DNA of 64,000 nt from Chrysomallon squamiferum (lineage: Eukaryota > Animalia > Mollusca), in assembly GCA_012295275.1 (NCBI GenBank), contig CM022665.1, positions 48,236,001 through 48,300,000 of the forward strand, given 5' to 3'. The first letter of the stretch is position 1. Every line of letters begins with the position of its first letter. The notes under the pieces are model-generated. The model did no database searches and was not told the DNA's origin. It saw only the letters and a program-made list of their open reading frames with translations. Of this stretch, positions 47,345 through 62,673 are shown piece after piece. The translations under genes were made by a program, and so were the position numbers.

Positions 47345-48987
47345 AATTAAATTAAAAAAAAAAAAGGAACACTAAAGCAAACAAAAAAAAAGTAAAGGTA
47401 AAAAAGAAAAAAAATGAAAAGAAATAGGAAAAAAAAGGAAAATAAGAAAACAAACAAAGAAAATAAAAGAACAGATATGTAACCAGTGTACAGATTAATG
47501 GATTTTTCTAAAACAGTGTTTAACCTTTGTTCTTTTACTAATGTATTGTTTTACAATGTGTAACAGTTAGTTCTAATTTACTCCTGTAAGTTAATACACT
47601 GTAATACTACTAACAACAAACCAACAGATATCACTATAGTAACCCTCTTCATACATCACAAACTAAACTTAATAACAAGAGTTTTCAGTGTGATACATTT
47701 ATTTAATAAAGTGATATACAAGTATTAATTTTTATCAGATGTAAAATGCAACATGGTATATTCAGAGTTAATAAGCCTACACCCCCCCTACCTTGACAAT
47801 AATACAGGTGAGATACTAATTATGACTGGTCATTCATCAGCTACCTGTTCATTATGTCTGCACTTTTGTACACCTGTAATCTGTCACATCACTGCACAGA
47901 CTAGTCTTTCAGTTAGAGAGAATGCAACCAGATGTAAGCCTGCTTGCAACAATAGAAAAACGCAGCCTCTCTTTGACTATTTGTAAGTGTAATTTCAAAA
48001 GACCTCTTGAGTGTCGCTTAATTACATTTCAGCTAGTTTGAGTGATGCTATTAAACAACTGTGTGTGTTATTGTGTCTGAGATGAGTGGTGCTGTTAAAA
48101 AGCTGTGTATTATTGATAAACTGGTGTGTGTGATATCAGTGATACTGTATGAGGAGATGGTATTAAGAAGCCATACAAAGAAAGACATGATGAGTGTATT
48201 GATCTCAACAAGAGAATCACTGCAACATCTGACATACAAAGACTTTTCAAACACTTGTTATTAAATTATATACATATATCTGTGTGTGTGTGTCTAAGTG
48301 TGTTTGTATGTATATCTATGTATGTAGTTTAGGATTTTGAATATTCTGTGTCTATGCACATCTGAATAGTCTCATCAATCTATGTTGGGAACACACTTTT
48401 GAATATTCTGTGTCTGCACATCTGAATAGTCTCTGCACTTAGTCAATATTCAGGAACACCCTATGTGTGTGTGTATGTGTATATGTGTGTATGTGTGTGT
48501 ATATGTATGTTTGTGTGTATATATGTATGTATATGTGTATGTATATATGTATGTGTTTAATAGTACAAGTAGAATATTGTGTGTGTATCTATATATATAC
48601 ATGTAGGCATCTGTGTTTAATAGTGAAATAATAAATCAACAACTGTAATAACAACAATAATAACAACAGAATGTACATGTGGGTGTGCGTCCTGTGTGTG
48701 TGTGTGTGTCTGTATTGGGGGCTGTATCTGTGTGTGTATGAGTGTATGTGTGGGTAGGAGTGTCTCTCTCTCTGTGTGTGTGTGGGTGAGTCTGTGTTGG
48801 GGCTGTATCTGTGTGTGTGTGGGTGTGTCTGTACTATGTCCACTGATTGTTGTAATAAAAAATGAAGTTTCCCAACAGAGACTGAAAAACACACACAACT
48901 TGGCCTTTGATGATGTGAAAGAGCCCACTGGGCGCACAGGCCAGACTGAGTGCAGAAAGAAATCGATACCCAGCATCATCTTCATCT

Positions 48988-49465
48988 CCATCATATAATA
49001 ACTATCACACATTTAATGTGTTTTATCTCTATTATATAACTATCACACGTTTAATATGTGTCTTATCCCCATCATATAATTATCACACGTTTAATGTGTT
49101 TTTTATTATATGTTTTTTTATCTCTATTATATAACTATTACATGTTTAATATGCGTCTTATCTCTATTATATAACTATTACATGTTTAATATATGTCTTA
49201 TCCCCATCATATAATTACTATAACATGTTTAATATGTCTTATAACCATCATATAATAACTATCACGTTTGATATCATATCAGTTTGATATCAGTTTTATA
49301 TCCATCGTATAACAACTATCACACATTCAATGTTTTTTATATCCATTATATAATAACTATCACATGTTTATAATCAGTTTTATATCCATTATATAATACC
49401 TATCACATGTTTAATATCAGTTTTATATCCATCGTATAATAACTGTGTTTAATATCTGTTTTATA
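48988..49465. repeat. Degenerate ~40-bp repeat (tataactatcacatgtttaatat)
   Basis: Direct. Confidence 0.75.
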
Positions 49466-49734
49466 ATAAAGACAAACACAGAGAGTCTCTATACAAATAA
49501 ACAACAGATAATACCAGTAATTAGATCTCTAGAGGAATTCACACAATAATCTTTGTGTTCTGACAAATGACTTCACAAATGAACAATGAACTGTTTACTA
49601 CAGAAATGACGAACTATGTTTACTGGAAAAATCATGAACTGTTTACACAGAAGTTACTAGAGAAATGCTGGACCATGTTTACCACGGAAACAAAGATGAA
49701 TAGCATTTGCTGTAGAAATGATGAACCACAATTA

Positions 49735-50135
49735 CCAGAGAAGTGATGAACTGTGTTTATTGGAGAAGTGATGAACTGTGTTTCCTAGAGAAGTGATGAA
49801 CTGTGTTTTCTAGAGAAGTGATGAACTGTGTTTACTAGAGAAGTGATGAACTGTGTTTACTAGAGAAGTGATGAACTGTGTTTTCTAGAGAAGTGATGAA
49901 CTGTGTTTTCTAGAGAAGTGATGAACTGTGTTTTCTAGAGAAGTGATGAACTGTGTTTTCTAGAGAAGTGATGAACTGTGTTTACCAGAGAAGTGATGAA
50001 ATGTGTTTACTGGAGAAGTGATGAAATATATTTACTAGAGAAGTGATGAAATGTGTTTACTAGAGAAGTGATGAACTGTGTTTGCCAGAGAAGTGGTGAT
50101 CTGTGTTTGCTGTAGAAGTGATGAACTGTGATTAC
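49735..50135. repeat. 25-bp minisatellite (agaagtgatgaactgtgtttactag)
   Basis: About 15 copies with a degenerate left flank. Confidence 0.92.
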
Positions 50136-50417
50136 ACACACCACTGATGATCTGTGTTTCCTGTCAACAGAGCACATCTCACACACTCTGCCAAACTCAT
50201 GCTAATTGCTGGCTTTAGTTTGTCATCTGTTTCCATGGCAATGTCAATCAAAACAAGATCAGGGAACTGAGCTGTCTGTTTGAGGTGTTGTCGTAGATGA
50301 TGGTGATAACACCGTGTCTGTCTGCTACTTATCAGCAGTGTGACTCGCAGCTTAACTCTTTAAGGCCGTTTGAGAATCTCTTTCAAATGTCAGCACTGAC
50401 ATTCTCGGACAAGATTG

Positions 50418-51557
50418 TCACACTGTACAATACAAAATATGTCTCACCCCTCACACTGTACAATACATAATATATCTCACACCTCACACTGTACAATACA
50501 TAATATATCTCACACCTCACACTGTACAATACATAATATATCTCACCCCTCACATTATACAATACAAAATATAGTTCATACCTCACACAAAACAATACAA
50601 AATATATCTCACCCCTCACATTATACAATACAAAATATATCTCACCCCTCACACTGTACAATATAAAAAATCTCACACCTCACACTGTACAATACAGAAT
50701 ATATCTCACCCCTCACACTGTACAATACAGAATATATCTCACTGTAAAATTCAAATATATCTCACACCTCACATTATACAATACAAAATATATCTCACCC
50801 CACACTGTACAATATAAAAATCTCACACCTCACACTGTACAATACAGAATATATCTCACCCCTCACACTGTACAATACAGAATATATCTCACTGTAAAAT
50901 TCAAATATATCTCACACCTCACATTATACAATACAAAATATATCTCACCCCTCACACTGTACAATATAAAAAATCTCACACCTCACACTGTACAATACAG
51001 AATATATCTCACCCCTCACACTGTACAATACAGAATATATCTCACTGTAAAATTCAAATATATCTCACACCTCACATTATACAATACAAAATATATCTCA
51101 CCCCTCACACTGTACAATATAAAAAATCTCACACCTCACACTGTACAATACAGAATATATCTCACTGTAAAATTCAAATATATCTCACACCTCACATTAT
51201 ACAATACAAAATATATCTCACACCTCACACTGTACAATATAAAAAATCTCACACCTCACACTGTACAATACAGAATATATCTCACACCTCACACTGTACA
51301 ATACAGAATATATCTCACACCTCACACTGTACAATACAGAATATATCTCACTGTAAAATTCAAATATATCTCACACCTCACATTATACAATACAAAATAT
51401 ATCTCATACCTCACACTGTACAATACAAAATGTATCTCACACCTCACACTGTACAATACAAATACATCTCACACCTCACATTATACAATACAAAATATAT
51501 TTCATACCTCACACTAAACAATACAAAATATATCTCACACCTCACACTGTACAATAC
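50418..51557. repeat. 33-bp minisatellite (cacactgtacaatacaaaatatatctcacacct) with higher-order blocks
   Basis: Direct. Confidence 0.93.
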
Positions 51558-51907
51558 TACACACAAAACCATAAAATATATGATACATCAATTAATTTAT
51601 TTTTCTAACCACAAAACAGTCAGGTCATAATGTTTATTTTATTGTGTCTGACAGAAAACACATTTATTACTTTGCCTGTCTAACCACACATTCATCACAC
51701 AACTGACAGCCAGTGCTTTGTTGTAACACAAACATTCATTTCATACATCAGTTATTACACTTCTGTCTAAATCCTCTTTTAGCTAATAATCTGGTCATAT
51801 TCACTATGTCAGTGTTGTGTGTTTTATTTTATATATATGTATGTGTGTATGCATCTATACAGTGTTACACTGTTATACTTTGTTTTACTTCAGTGTTCTC
51901 CGTCATA

Positions 51908-52640
51908 CTGTGTGTAGAACAATGTAACAAGTTTGTAGAAAACACTGAACTAAAACATAGTAAAACAGTGTGTAACTGTGTGTAGAACAATGTAATAAGT
52001 TTATAAGAAAACACTGAACTAAAACAAAGAAAAACAAAGTAAAACAGTGTAACTGTGTGTAGAACAATGTAATAAGTTTATAAGAAAAACACTGAAGTAA
52101 AACAAAGTAAAACAGTGTAACTGTGTGTAGAACAATGTAACAAGTTTATAAGAAAACGTTGAAGTAAAACAAAGTAAAACAGTGTAAAACAAAGTAAACA
52201 GTGTAACTGTGTAGAACAATGTAACAGGTTTATAGAAACCACTGAGGTAAAAGAAAGAAAACAAAGTAAAACAGTGTAACTGTGTAGAACAATGTAACAG
52301 GTTTATAGAAACCACTGAGGTAAAAGAAAGTAAACAGTGTAACTGTGTAGAACAATGTAACAGGTTTATAGAAACCACTGAGGTAAAAGAAAGAAAACAA
52401 AGTAAAACAGTGTAACTGTGTGTAGAACAATGTAACAAGTTTATAAGAAAACACTGAAGTAAAACAAAGTAAAACAGTGTAACTGTGTGTAGAACAATGT
52501 AACAAGTTTATAAGAAAACACTGAAGTATAACAAAGTAAAACAGTGTAAAACAAAGTAAACAGTGTAACTGTGTAGAACAATGTAACAGGTTTATAGAAA
52601 CCACTGAGGTAAAAGAAAGAAAACAAAGTAAAACAATGTA
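51908..52640. repeat. ~60-bp complex repeat (gtgtaactgtgtgtagaacaatgtaacaagtttata...)
   Basis: Direct. Confidence 0.9.
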
Positions 52641-53159
52641 ATAATCAATCACACTACAGCTTACACAGACAGATACACTGTCCAGCCTGTCTGAGAGGAG
52701 ATAAACTCTTCATCCACTGACCACTTGACCAGTCCTCTTTACAGCAGTCTTTTCTCTATTTATCATACTTATCAGATTATACAAATAGTTTTGTGTTATC
52801 ATCTGCATTATCATTCCTGTTTTCAATTATTATTACAGTCGCTGCAGCAGTGGAAGTAATTGTTGTTGTTGTTGTTAAATAATTACACACAGATGGAATA
52901 TAAACTGGTCTTGTATTTGTGCAGATTGTAAAAATATTAAATTAGAAAGAAAAAAAAACATAGAAATCCTTATAACAGTTGAAAGCAATGTGTGTTTACA
53001 CAAATCAACATACCAAAACAGTTTCTTTGCCATCAGAAACACATTAAATAAATCTCTAAATTACTGTTTATGTGAATATTTACGTTATGCTCTTTATGTG
53101 AAATGTTTACATGATTCCTGGTAGATTCCTCCAAACTACTGCATTTATGTTTCTTCATG

Positions 53160-53735
53160 ATCATTGTAGACACATGCTGTACAGTTAGTCAGTGTAGGCA
53201 TACACTGTACAGTTAGACACTGTAGAGACATACACAGACTGTACAGTTAGTCACTGTAGACATACTGTACATCACTGTAGACACATACTGTACAGTTAGT
53301 CACTGAAGACACATGCCACACAGTCACTGTTGACACACACTGTACAGTTAGTCATTGTATACACACTGTACAGTTAGTCATTGTTGACACACACTGTACA
53401 GTTAGTCACTGTAGACACATGCTGTACAGTTAGTCATTGTTGACATACACTGTACAGTTAGTCACTATACAGTTAGTCCTGTACAGTTAGTCACTGTAGA
53501 CACATGCTGTACAGTTAGTCATTGTTGACACACACTGTACAGTTAGTCATTGTAGAGACATACACTGTACAGTTAGTTACTGTTGACACACACTGTACAG
53601 TTAGTCACTGTAGACACATGCTGTACAGTTAGTCACTGTAGACACATGCTGTACAGTTAGTCACTGTAGACACATGCTGTACAGTTAGTCATTGTATACA
53701 CACTGTACAGTTAGTCACTGTAGACACATGCTGTG
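53160..53735. repeat. ~29-bp minisatellite with palindromic core actgtacagt
   Basis: Direct. Confidence 0.9.
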
Positions 53736-54191
53736 GTATGTAGAGAAACTGTAGATATTCTTGCTGACAATAACACACTGTACACAGAAAACTCATTAAA
53801 AATAGACTCAAAAAATAAACAAGCGATTATAAATAAACATTGAAGCAAAGAAAAAAATGAAATATATAAAATATAAAAAATAAAGTGAAAAAAAGCGAAT
53901 TGGAAATAGTTGTGAGGAATCGATGAATTAGAAATAACGAGACTAATGAGGATCTGCAGGTTTCGAGTGTGAGTTTTTTTTGTTCTGGCTTGGTTCAGTG
54001 AGTAAAACTGAATTTCTGTTAATAAAGCAGAGTCTGATGACAGTCGTAAGAGATGTTGTCTTTTTAAGATGTCACAATTAGTCTAGTTAGTGACTGCACT
54101 CACTTTGTACTCACTTTCGACTCACTCGAAGAGCCTCTTCAGTGAGCAATCACTGTCACATTTCAACTTTTCACATCACTGTACTAATTAA

Positions 54192-54665
54192 CATATTGTG
54201 AAACAACTTAATACAAAACTACAAATTACTACATTGTGAAACAACTTAATACAAACTACAATTACTTCTAACTTGTAATACAATTAAAAATACAAATTAC
54301 TACATTGTAAAACTTGTAAAACTACAATTAAAAACAATTACAAATTACTACATTGTAAAACATCTTAATACAAACTGCTGAACTTTTTAGATTTGCAAAA
54401 CAGCTTAATACAAACACAAAACCCACAAATTACCACATTGTAAAACAGCTTAATACAAACTACAAACTGCTGAACTTTTAGATTGCAACACAAAAACCCC
54501 ACAAACTACCACATTGTAAAACAGCTTAATACAAACTACAAACTGCTGACCTTTTAGACTGCAACACAAAAAACCCACTAATTACCATTGTAAAACAGCT
54601 TAATACAAACTACAAATTGCTTTTAACTTGTAATACAATTAAAAAATTACTGCATGGTAAAACAG
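54192..54665. repeat. Degenerate repeat (cattgtaaaacagcttaatacaaactacaaa)
   Basis: Direct. Confidence 0.75.
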
Positions 54666-55307
54666 TTTAAGTTAATTCAATCTTCACATCTACCACAAAA
54701 ACTATGTCTTAACTACACCCTCTAAACAAGTAACTTTCACAATCATCAAGACATCATCATTTTAAAAAAAAGAAAAAACATGCCTGACATGCAATACTGA
54801 TTTGCACGTCACACCACATGAACACAACTAAAATTAGTTCATTAAACGTTTTAACACACTTGTGACTTTTTTTCAATTTTTTTTTTTTTCACAAAATCTA
54901 AGTAATGTAAGTTTTGAACTGGAAAAGCATCCATTGGTTTGAATTGATGCACATGAAGACACAAATGTGGTGTAAAAAATAAAAAATAAAAAAATAAAAA
55001 GTTGCTCATTACTTTATCAGGTGTAACAGAAATGAGAAGAGGAGTCTAGCTGGCAGATCTCATTGACTTGTACAGATTTGAAACAAAATCAACACACACA
55101 CACACACACAGACACACACACACACAACTTTCTGTTCACACCATACACGTTTTTATAAAACACTACCATTTCATATTATATGTTACAGACCTCGTGTATA
55201 TATATATATTTATTTACACACACGTACACATGCACACATATGTACACACATATACACACATATTTTATATAGATATGCATACACACATACATACACACAT
55301 ACATATA

Positions 55308-55341
<34 letters not shown>

Positions 55342-55517
55342 CATACATATGTATACACTGGTATAAAACATATGTATGCATACACACACATATGCATACA
55401 TTTATATATTATATAGATATGTATACACACATACATACATACATATATACATATGTATACACTAGTATAAAACAAAACTATAATATTTGTATCAAGTACA
55501 ATAACATAAAATAACAT

Positions 55518-55596
<79 letters not shown>

Positions 55597-56365
55597 TAGA
55601 CGTATATGCACACACACACATATACAGATGTGTTTTATGTTGTTTTATTGAACCTGGTACAAGTGTGATGTTCAGAGCTGTGTGTGAGACAAGCGGGTGT
55701 GATACTCTGTTAACAGATGTTGTGATGTACAACTGTGTTCCACAGATCAAAGAGAGCTGTGACGTGCTGCCTACGTCACCAGCACTCAGACACAATTACG
55801 TTTTCACAGATCACTGCACACATCGACAGCTGTTAGAGCCTGCGTCACACCTACATCATCAGCGTCGCTGAAGCATGGCCACGCTGAAATTAACCTGCAG
55901 CAACATGCAACGCCCGTGACAGCGTTTTATAACTGACCTTCCCACTGTTGTTACTGTTTGTTATTTATTTTTTTTACTTTATTTATTTTTTTATTTACTT
56001 AGTTACTCACTTATTTATTTATTTATCTAGTTAATTAGTTAGTTATTACACATTATACATTCATAAATACAAAAACATATATACATACACACAGACAGGC
56101 AGACAGACAGACAGACAGGCAGACAGACAGACAGACAGACAGGCACAGACATAGAGACACAAAGACAAAGACAAAGAGACACTGTAACAGGGATGATGAC
56201 GTAGGTGTGTAAACTCAGTGATGTCCCAGTCAGCTGATTACTGAGAACAATGAGGAAACATTTCTCAGTACAGCTGACCTCAGAACATGCTCAGCATAAA
56301 CCTACACCCAGTGACCTCACATCTACTCCCAGTGACCTCACACCTACACCCAATGACTTCCCACC

Positions 56366-57421
56366 TACACTGCCTTGTCACTGCATTTATGTAAAACACT
56401 GTTACACTGTCTTGTCACTGTGTTTATGTAAAACACTGTTACACTGTCTTGTCACTGCATTTATGTAAAACACTGTTACACTGTCTTGTCACTGTGTTTA
56501 TGTAAAACACTGTTACACTGTCTTGTCACTGCATTTATGTAAAACACTGTTACACTGTCTTGTCATTGCATTTATGTAAAACACTGTTAAACTGTCTTGT
56601 CACTGCATTTTAAATAAAACACTGTTACAACAAATCACTGTGTTTATTTAAAAACTGTTACACTGTCTTAAAACTGCATTTATGTAAAACACTGTTAATT
56701 TTTTTTTTTTATATAAAACACTCATTACACTCTTATCAAATGTTTTATGTAAAACACTGTTACTGTCTTATCACTGTGTTTATGTAAAACACTGTTACAC
56801 TGTCTTATCACTGTGTTTATGTAAAACACTTTTTTTTATTGTTTATCACTGCATTTATGTAAAACACTGTTACAATGTCTTAAACTACATTTATAAAAAC
56901 ACTGTTACACTGTCTTATCACTGCATTTATGTAAAACACTGTTACTGTCTTATCACTGTGTTTATGTAAAACACTGTTACACTGTCTTGTCACTGCATTT
57001 ATGTAAAACACTGTTAAACTATCTTGTCACTGCATTTATGTAAAACACTGTTACACTGTCTTGTCACTGCATTTATGTAAAACACTGTTAAACTGTCTTG
57101 TCACTGCATTTATGTAAAACACTGTTACACTGCCTTGTCACTGTGTTTATGTAAAACACTGTTACACTGTCTTGTCACTGCATTTATGTAAAACACTGTT
57201 AAACTATCTTGTCACTGCATTTATGTAAAACACTGTTACACTGTCTTATCACTGCATTTATGTAAAACACTGTTAAACTGTTTTGTCACTGCATTTATGT
57301 AAAACACTGTTACACTGCCTTGTCACTGTGTTTATGTAAAACACTGTTACACTGTCTTATCACTGCATTTATGTAAAACACTGTTACTGTCTTATCACTG
57401 TGTTTATGTAAAACACTGTTA
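56366..57421. repeat. ~37-bp minisatellite (cactgcatttatgtaaaacactgttacactgtcttgt)
   Basis: About 28 copies with a degenerate centre. Confidence 0.93.
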
Positions 57422-59113
57422 TATTATTGTTCAAGTTATTTTAAATAAAACACAAGTTAAACAAATAAATAAGCTATTTGAGAATAATGTTTAAAATGCT
57501 TTTGAAAGAGCTGTTAATTTTTTTTAGTTTATATCATTTCTTGGGAAATGTTTAGTGTTAAGTTTGTGTGACACAAAACAAATACCTGAGAAACACCTGC
57601 ACTTACCTGTATTACCTCACTTTTTTTTTATTGTTTACACCTCTTTTAAATAAATATTTTTAAAATAAAAAATACATTTATAAAAAAACAACAACAACAA
57701 TGAGACATACTACTGCAAATGTTAAATAAAGTCAGGGGATTTTGAAGTGATTAACAAAGCTGTATTGTGTGACTGCAGAATACAGTGAGTATCTCACATT
57801 GTGAAATACTGTTGTTATTTCAACACTAAATCACAACAAAGCCAGTATTAATTTTAATCTGTTTTAATACTCAGCCATTGAACCAGGGAGGTGTGTCAAA
57901 TGTGCTAAAAAAAATGTGTTTGTGTGTGAATGAGGTTAAACGTACTTTTGTATCTCACTGTGTACTTACACATCTAGTGTTAGGTAACTGATATATAATG
58001 ACTCCCTGGATGATATCACATGATTAAAGTTGTGTATAAAAAAAAAACCACTAGCTAATATGACATGATTAAAGTTGTATCACATAATTGTAAGCTGGTC
58101 AAATTCAGGTAAATCTGTCTTTTTTTGTTGTTTCCAGACATTCATCATAAATCTATACCCAAGTGAGCCTTTTTGATATACTGTAACAAAACAAGTTTAC
58201 TAAGAACAAAACAGGTTTACTCAGAACAAAACAGGTTTACTCAGAACAAAATAGATTTACTCATTCAAAATAGATTTACTCATTCAAACAAGATAGATTT
58301 ACTCAGAACAAAATGGATTTACTCATTCAAACAAGATAGGTTTACTCATTAAACTAAATCATGTTTTTTTCATTACTTATTTACCACTAACAATAAAGAT
58401 GACTTTTTAAGTAATTACACAAATTCCTCGCTGTCAGAATTCTACATTATCTTCACTCTGCCCTCCGAATGCACAGCAAGAAAACAAACAAACAAAACAC
58501 ATTTGAGATTTTAATGTGAAATTCATCAGAAAACAAAAAAACGTAGCCAGCTTAATCACACAGACAACAACAGAATCCTGTGTGTCTGTGACTCCACATT
58601 CAGCTTTTTATTTATCTTCTCTTTTATTTATCTTCTTTATTTTAATTTTTTTAATTTAATTTTTTTTTTTTTTTTTGATAACTGCTTACATAACAGAAAC
58701 CCAAGCTGACTGAGATTGCAGTTTTGTTTTAATCAGAACGTGACTGTTTTATCAGTTCCAACCAGTGCACACACACTGACTGTTTTATCAGTTTCTCTCT
58801 TTTCAACTGTGAGCACGACTTGCTTGCTTTAACCACTCACTGTATAACAGATGCTATGTTAATGATACAGTAAGTTTTTTAATTCATTACTCTGCTAATT
58901 CTTTCCTCAATTTATTCATCCTTTAACTTTTCAGTCTGTCTTCCATTATGGGTTTTTTTGGTTTTTCTTTAATTCATTCCTTTGTTCAAATCAGTGGTTA
59001 AATAAATATTTCTCACATCAACAGTGTACATTGAAATGTTGTTAAACAACACACTGAATTTTATGGGTTTATATATATATATAAAATATACATACACAGT
59101 GAAGTATAGACAT

Positions 59114-59220
<107 letters not shown>

Positions 59221-59577
59221 GTAATAAACAAACTGTTAAAAATCTTTTTACTCATGAACAGCAGTTTACCTTTTATTGTTTTTTGTGCTTTTTAGTTTTT
59301 GTTGTTAATTCACATACTTTACATTGTGTAACATTGCCAGTACAATTATATTAATGTAGTTAATATTACATCAGATGATTTAATGAGTTAACAGTATTTA
59401 CCTCTAGTTACACCAAGTTATGTAACACCTTTATAACAAATTTACCTGTAAATATCAAACATTACGTAACACCTGTACAGGTATGTTTGTAATCAACATA
59501 CAAACACCTAACTAACTGTATACTTGATTGTTCTGAGAGAGAGAGATATCTATAACATTAATATTAAATATTGCACA

Positions 59578-59658
<81 letters not shown>

Positions 59659-60023
59659 TACAAACTGGATAGTATTGGAAATAAATACTCGTATCTTAAT
59701 AATTACTGCATGGTTGTGAAATATTAAATTTATTGCACGTGTGTGATTTTAATCAGATGGTTATCTCTGGAAGTCACAGAGGGTTATCAGAGAAACAACA
59801 CTGAATGTTTTATATTTGGTTTTTTTTACATTCTGATAAATAAATCACTCCTACTTACATTAGTGTTGTCATGTTTATATTCATCTTTCAGTTTCTAGTG
59901 CTCCTGTACTCACAGTTACGTCTAACGTTGCTGTTTAATTTCACACCTACTCTGAGCCTTCTAATAATTTATTTTAAACTTACACTGGAAGGTCATATAC
60001 AGGTCTGTGTGTTAAAATATGTA

Positions 60024-60081
<58 letters not shown>

Positions 60082-60269
60082 CACACAATTTTGTCTATAG
60101 TTAACACACTCTGTATATTTAATATTTATATCTGTACACCAGATTTTTTCCAGATGTGTAAAAGTTCTAATTTTCTTACAAATATTTTATGATGTCCTAG
60201 AAACATTTCACCATTTTTCTTTTTAGAAACATTTCTTCTTTTCTGTTCTAAAAAACATTTCATCGTTAT

Positions 60270-60727
60270 TTCTCTAAGAAACATTTCATTGTAATTTTTC
60301 TATGAAACATTTCATCATCATTTTTCTAACAAACATTTCATCCTCATTTTTCTAAGAAACATTTCATCCTCATTTTTCTAACAAACATTTCATCCTCATT
60401 TTTCTAACAAACATTTCATCCTCATTTTTCTAAGAAACATTTCATCCTCATTTTTCTAAGAAACATTTCATTATTATTTTTCTAAGAAACATTTCATTAT
60501 TATTTTTCTAAGAAACATTTCATCCTCATTTTTCTAAGAAACATTTCATCCTCATTTTTCTAACAAACATTTCATCCTCATTTTTCTAACAAACATTTCA
60601 TCCTCATTTTTCTAAGAAACATTTCATCCTCATTTTTCTAAGAAACATTTCATTATTATTTTTCTAAGAAACATTTCATTATTATTTTTCTAAGAAACAT
60701 TTCATCCTCATTTTTCTAAGAAACATT
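60270..60727. repeat. 26-bp minisatellite (aaacatttcatcctcatttttctaag) with a 7-mer higher-order duplication
   Basis: The variant order repeats with a 182-bp period. Confidence 0.92.
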
Positions 60728-60750
60728 CGCTCACACCGACTTGGATTTTA

Positions 60751-60782
<32 letters not shown>

Positions 60783-61050
60783 AGTAGACATTTTACTTCA
60801 GACAGCTCAGACGAGACACTTTTTTTTTTCTCATTTACTAATCCGAGTGTCACCGTGGCAACCAGGAGACGCTATTAATTCCAGAGTAGCCATCAGAGGA
60901 AATGTCTGAACCATGCAGTGACAATCTCATTGATTTTTTTTTTTACTCTTCTTTTTTCTCAGAAAAAATAAAATATATTCTATCATCAGTTACAAAACGT
61001 TGATGTCTTCATTCCTTGGTCATAATGAGCTCCTGAAGCAGCCATGAAGT

Positions 61051-61068
61051 TCTGCCCCCTGGCGGCCA
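61051..61068 (-). promoter_or_regulatory. CTCF core motif
   Basis: Minus strand reads TGGCCGCCAGGGGGCAGA, versus consensus TGGCCACCAGGGGGCGC; a GC-rich island in AT-rich DNA. Confidence 0.55.
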
Positions 61069-61356
61069 ACTCTGAGAACTAACATCTTGTTCCAGCAGAT
61101 GAAATTATCAGAGCTGTTATATGAAGCCAACTCACAGCTCACAAGTGTGCAGACAGTCACACACAACACACTGAACTGTGTAGAGTCAAATAGTGTGATG
61201 TACACACTGAACTCAACACACAGCAAACCAACATGTACACACAACAAAGAGACGACACTAGTAAGTGATTTAACAACATCAACATTTTATCAGTGTGAAG
61301 ATTATAGATAGTGATTTGGTAAAGTGAAGTTAAACAGTTTAGTAAAGTTAAGAGAC

Positions 61357-62175
61357 AGTGATTTAACAATGTCAAGTTAACAAATAGTGATTTAACAATG
61401 TCAAGTTAACAAATAGTGATTTAACAATGTCAAGTTAACAAATAGTGATTTAGCAAACTGAAGTCAACAGGTAGTGATTTAACAATGTCAAGTTAACAAA
61501 TAGTGATTTAACAAACTGAAGTCAATAGTTTTAACAAAAATAGTGATTTAACAAACTGAAGTCAACAGGTAGTGATTTAACAATGTCAAGTTAACAAATA
61601 GTGATTTAGCAAACTGAAGTCAACAGGTAGTGATTTAACAATGTCAAGTTAACAAATAGTGATTTAACAATGTCAAGTTAACAAATAGTGATTTAGCAAA
61701 CTGAAGTCAACAGGTAGTGATTTAACAATGTCAAGTTAACAAATAGTGATTTAACAATGTCAAGTTAACAAATAGTGATTTAACAATGTCAAGTTAACAA
61801 ATAGTGGTTTAACAATGTCAAGTTAACAAATAGTGATTTAGCAAACTGAAGTCAACAGGTAGTGATTTAGCAATGCCAAGTTAACAAATAGTGATTTAGC
61901 AAACTGAAGTCAACAGGTAGTGATTTAGCAATGTCAAGTTAACAAATAGTGATTTAGCAAACTGAAGTCAACAGGTAGTGATTTAGCAGTGTTAAATTAA
62001 CAGAACATGACCTAGCAATGTCAAGTTAACAAATAGTGATTTAGCAAACTGAAGTCAACAGGTAGTGATTTAGCAATGTCAAGTTAACAAATAGTGATTT
62101 AGCAAACTGAAGTCAACAGGTAGTGATTTAGCAGTGTTAAATTAACAGAACATGACCTAGCAATGTCAAGTTAAA
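61357..62175. repeat. 29-bp two-variant minisatellite (tagtgatttaacaatgtcaagttaacaaa / tagtgatttagcaaactgaagtcaacagg)
   Basis: Direct. Confidence 0.92.
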
Positions 62176-62673
62176 GATTACAGCTCTATCATTGATTTTT
62201 TATATTGCCTGGACACTGAACAGAATTCTCACCATCACTGTGTGTGTGTGTCTGTCTCAATGTGTGTATCTGTCTCTGTGTGTGTCTGTGTGTGTGCATT
62301 TGTATGTGCTAATAGGTCTGTTTTTCACTTATGTGCATATGCATGTGTATGAAGAAAAATGTTTGTTTTTAATGATGTATGTATATATATATATGCATTT
62401 GTGTTTGTGTAAGTGTATTTATTGTACTTGTGAACATGCACATGCAGTGCTGTGTGTGAACACGTGAGTGACACATGATACTGGATGTTATTAACATCAA
62501 GTCAGAATTACCAGATTCCTGCTACACACAACTGACGTTGGTATGCCATACCTACATCATCATCATCATCATCATCAACATTAACACGAGCAGGCAGACA
62601 TGCTGCCAACTGTACAGAGAGAAAACAACTGCAGCAGGAACAAACAGCGAGAGAAACGTTTTACATGTGTTAA

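Noticed and set aside
57601-57640. Minus-strand CAG|GTAAGT donor as a PDE3 upstream exon
   Set aside because: Upstream sequence is AT/poly-A-rich with no plausible ORF or acceptor.
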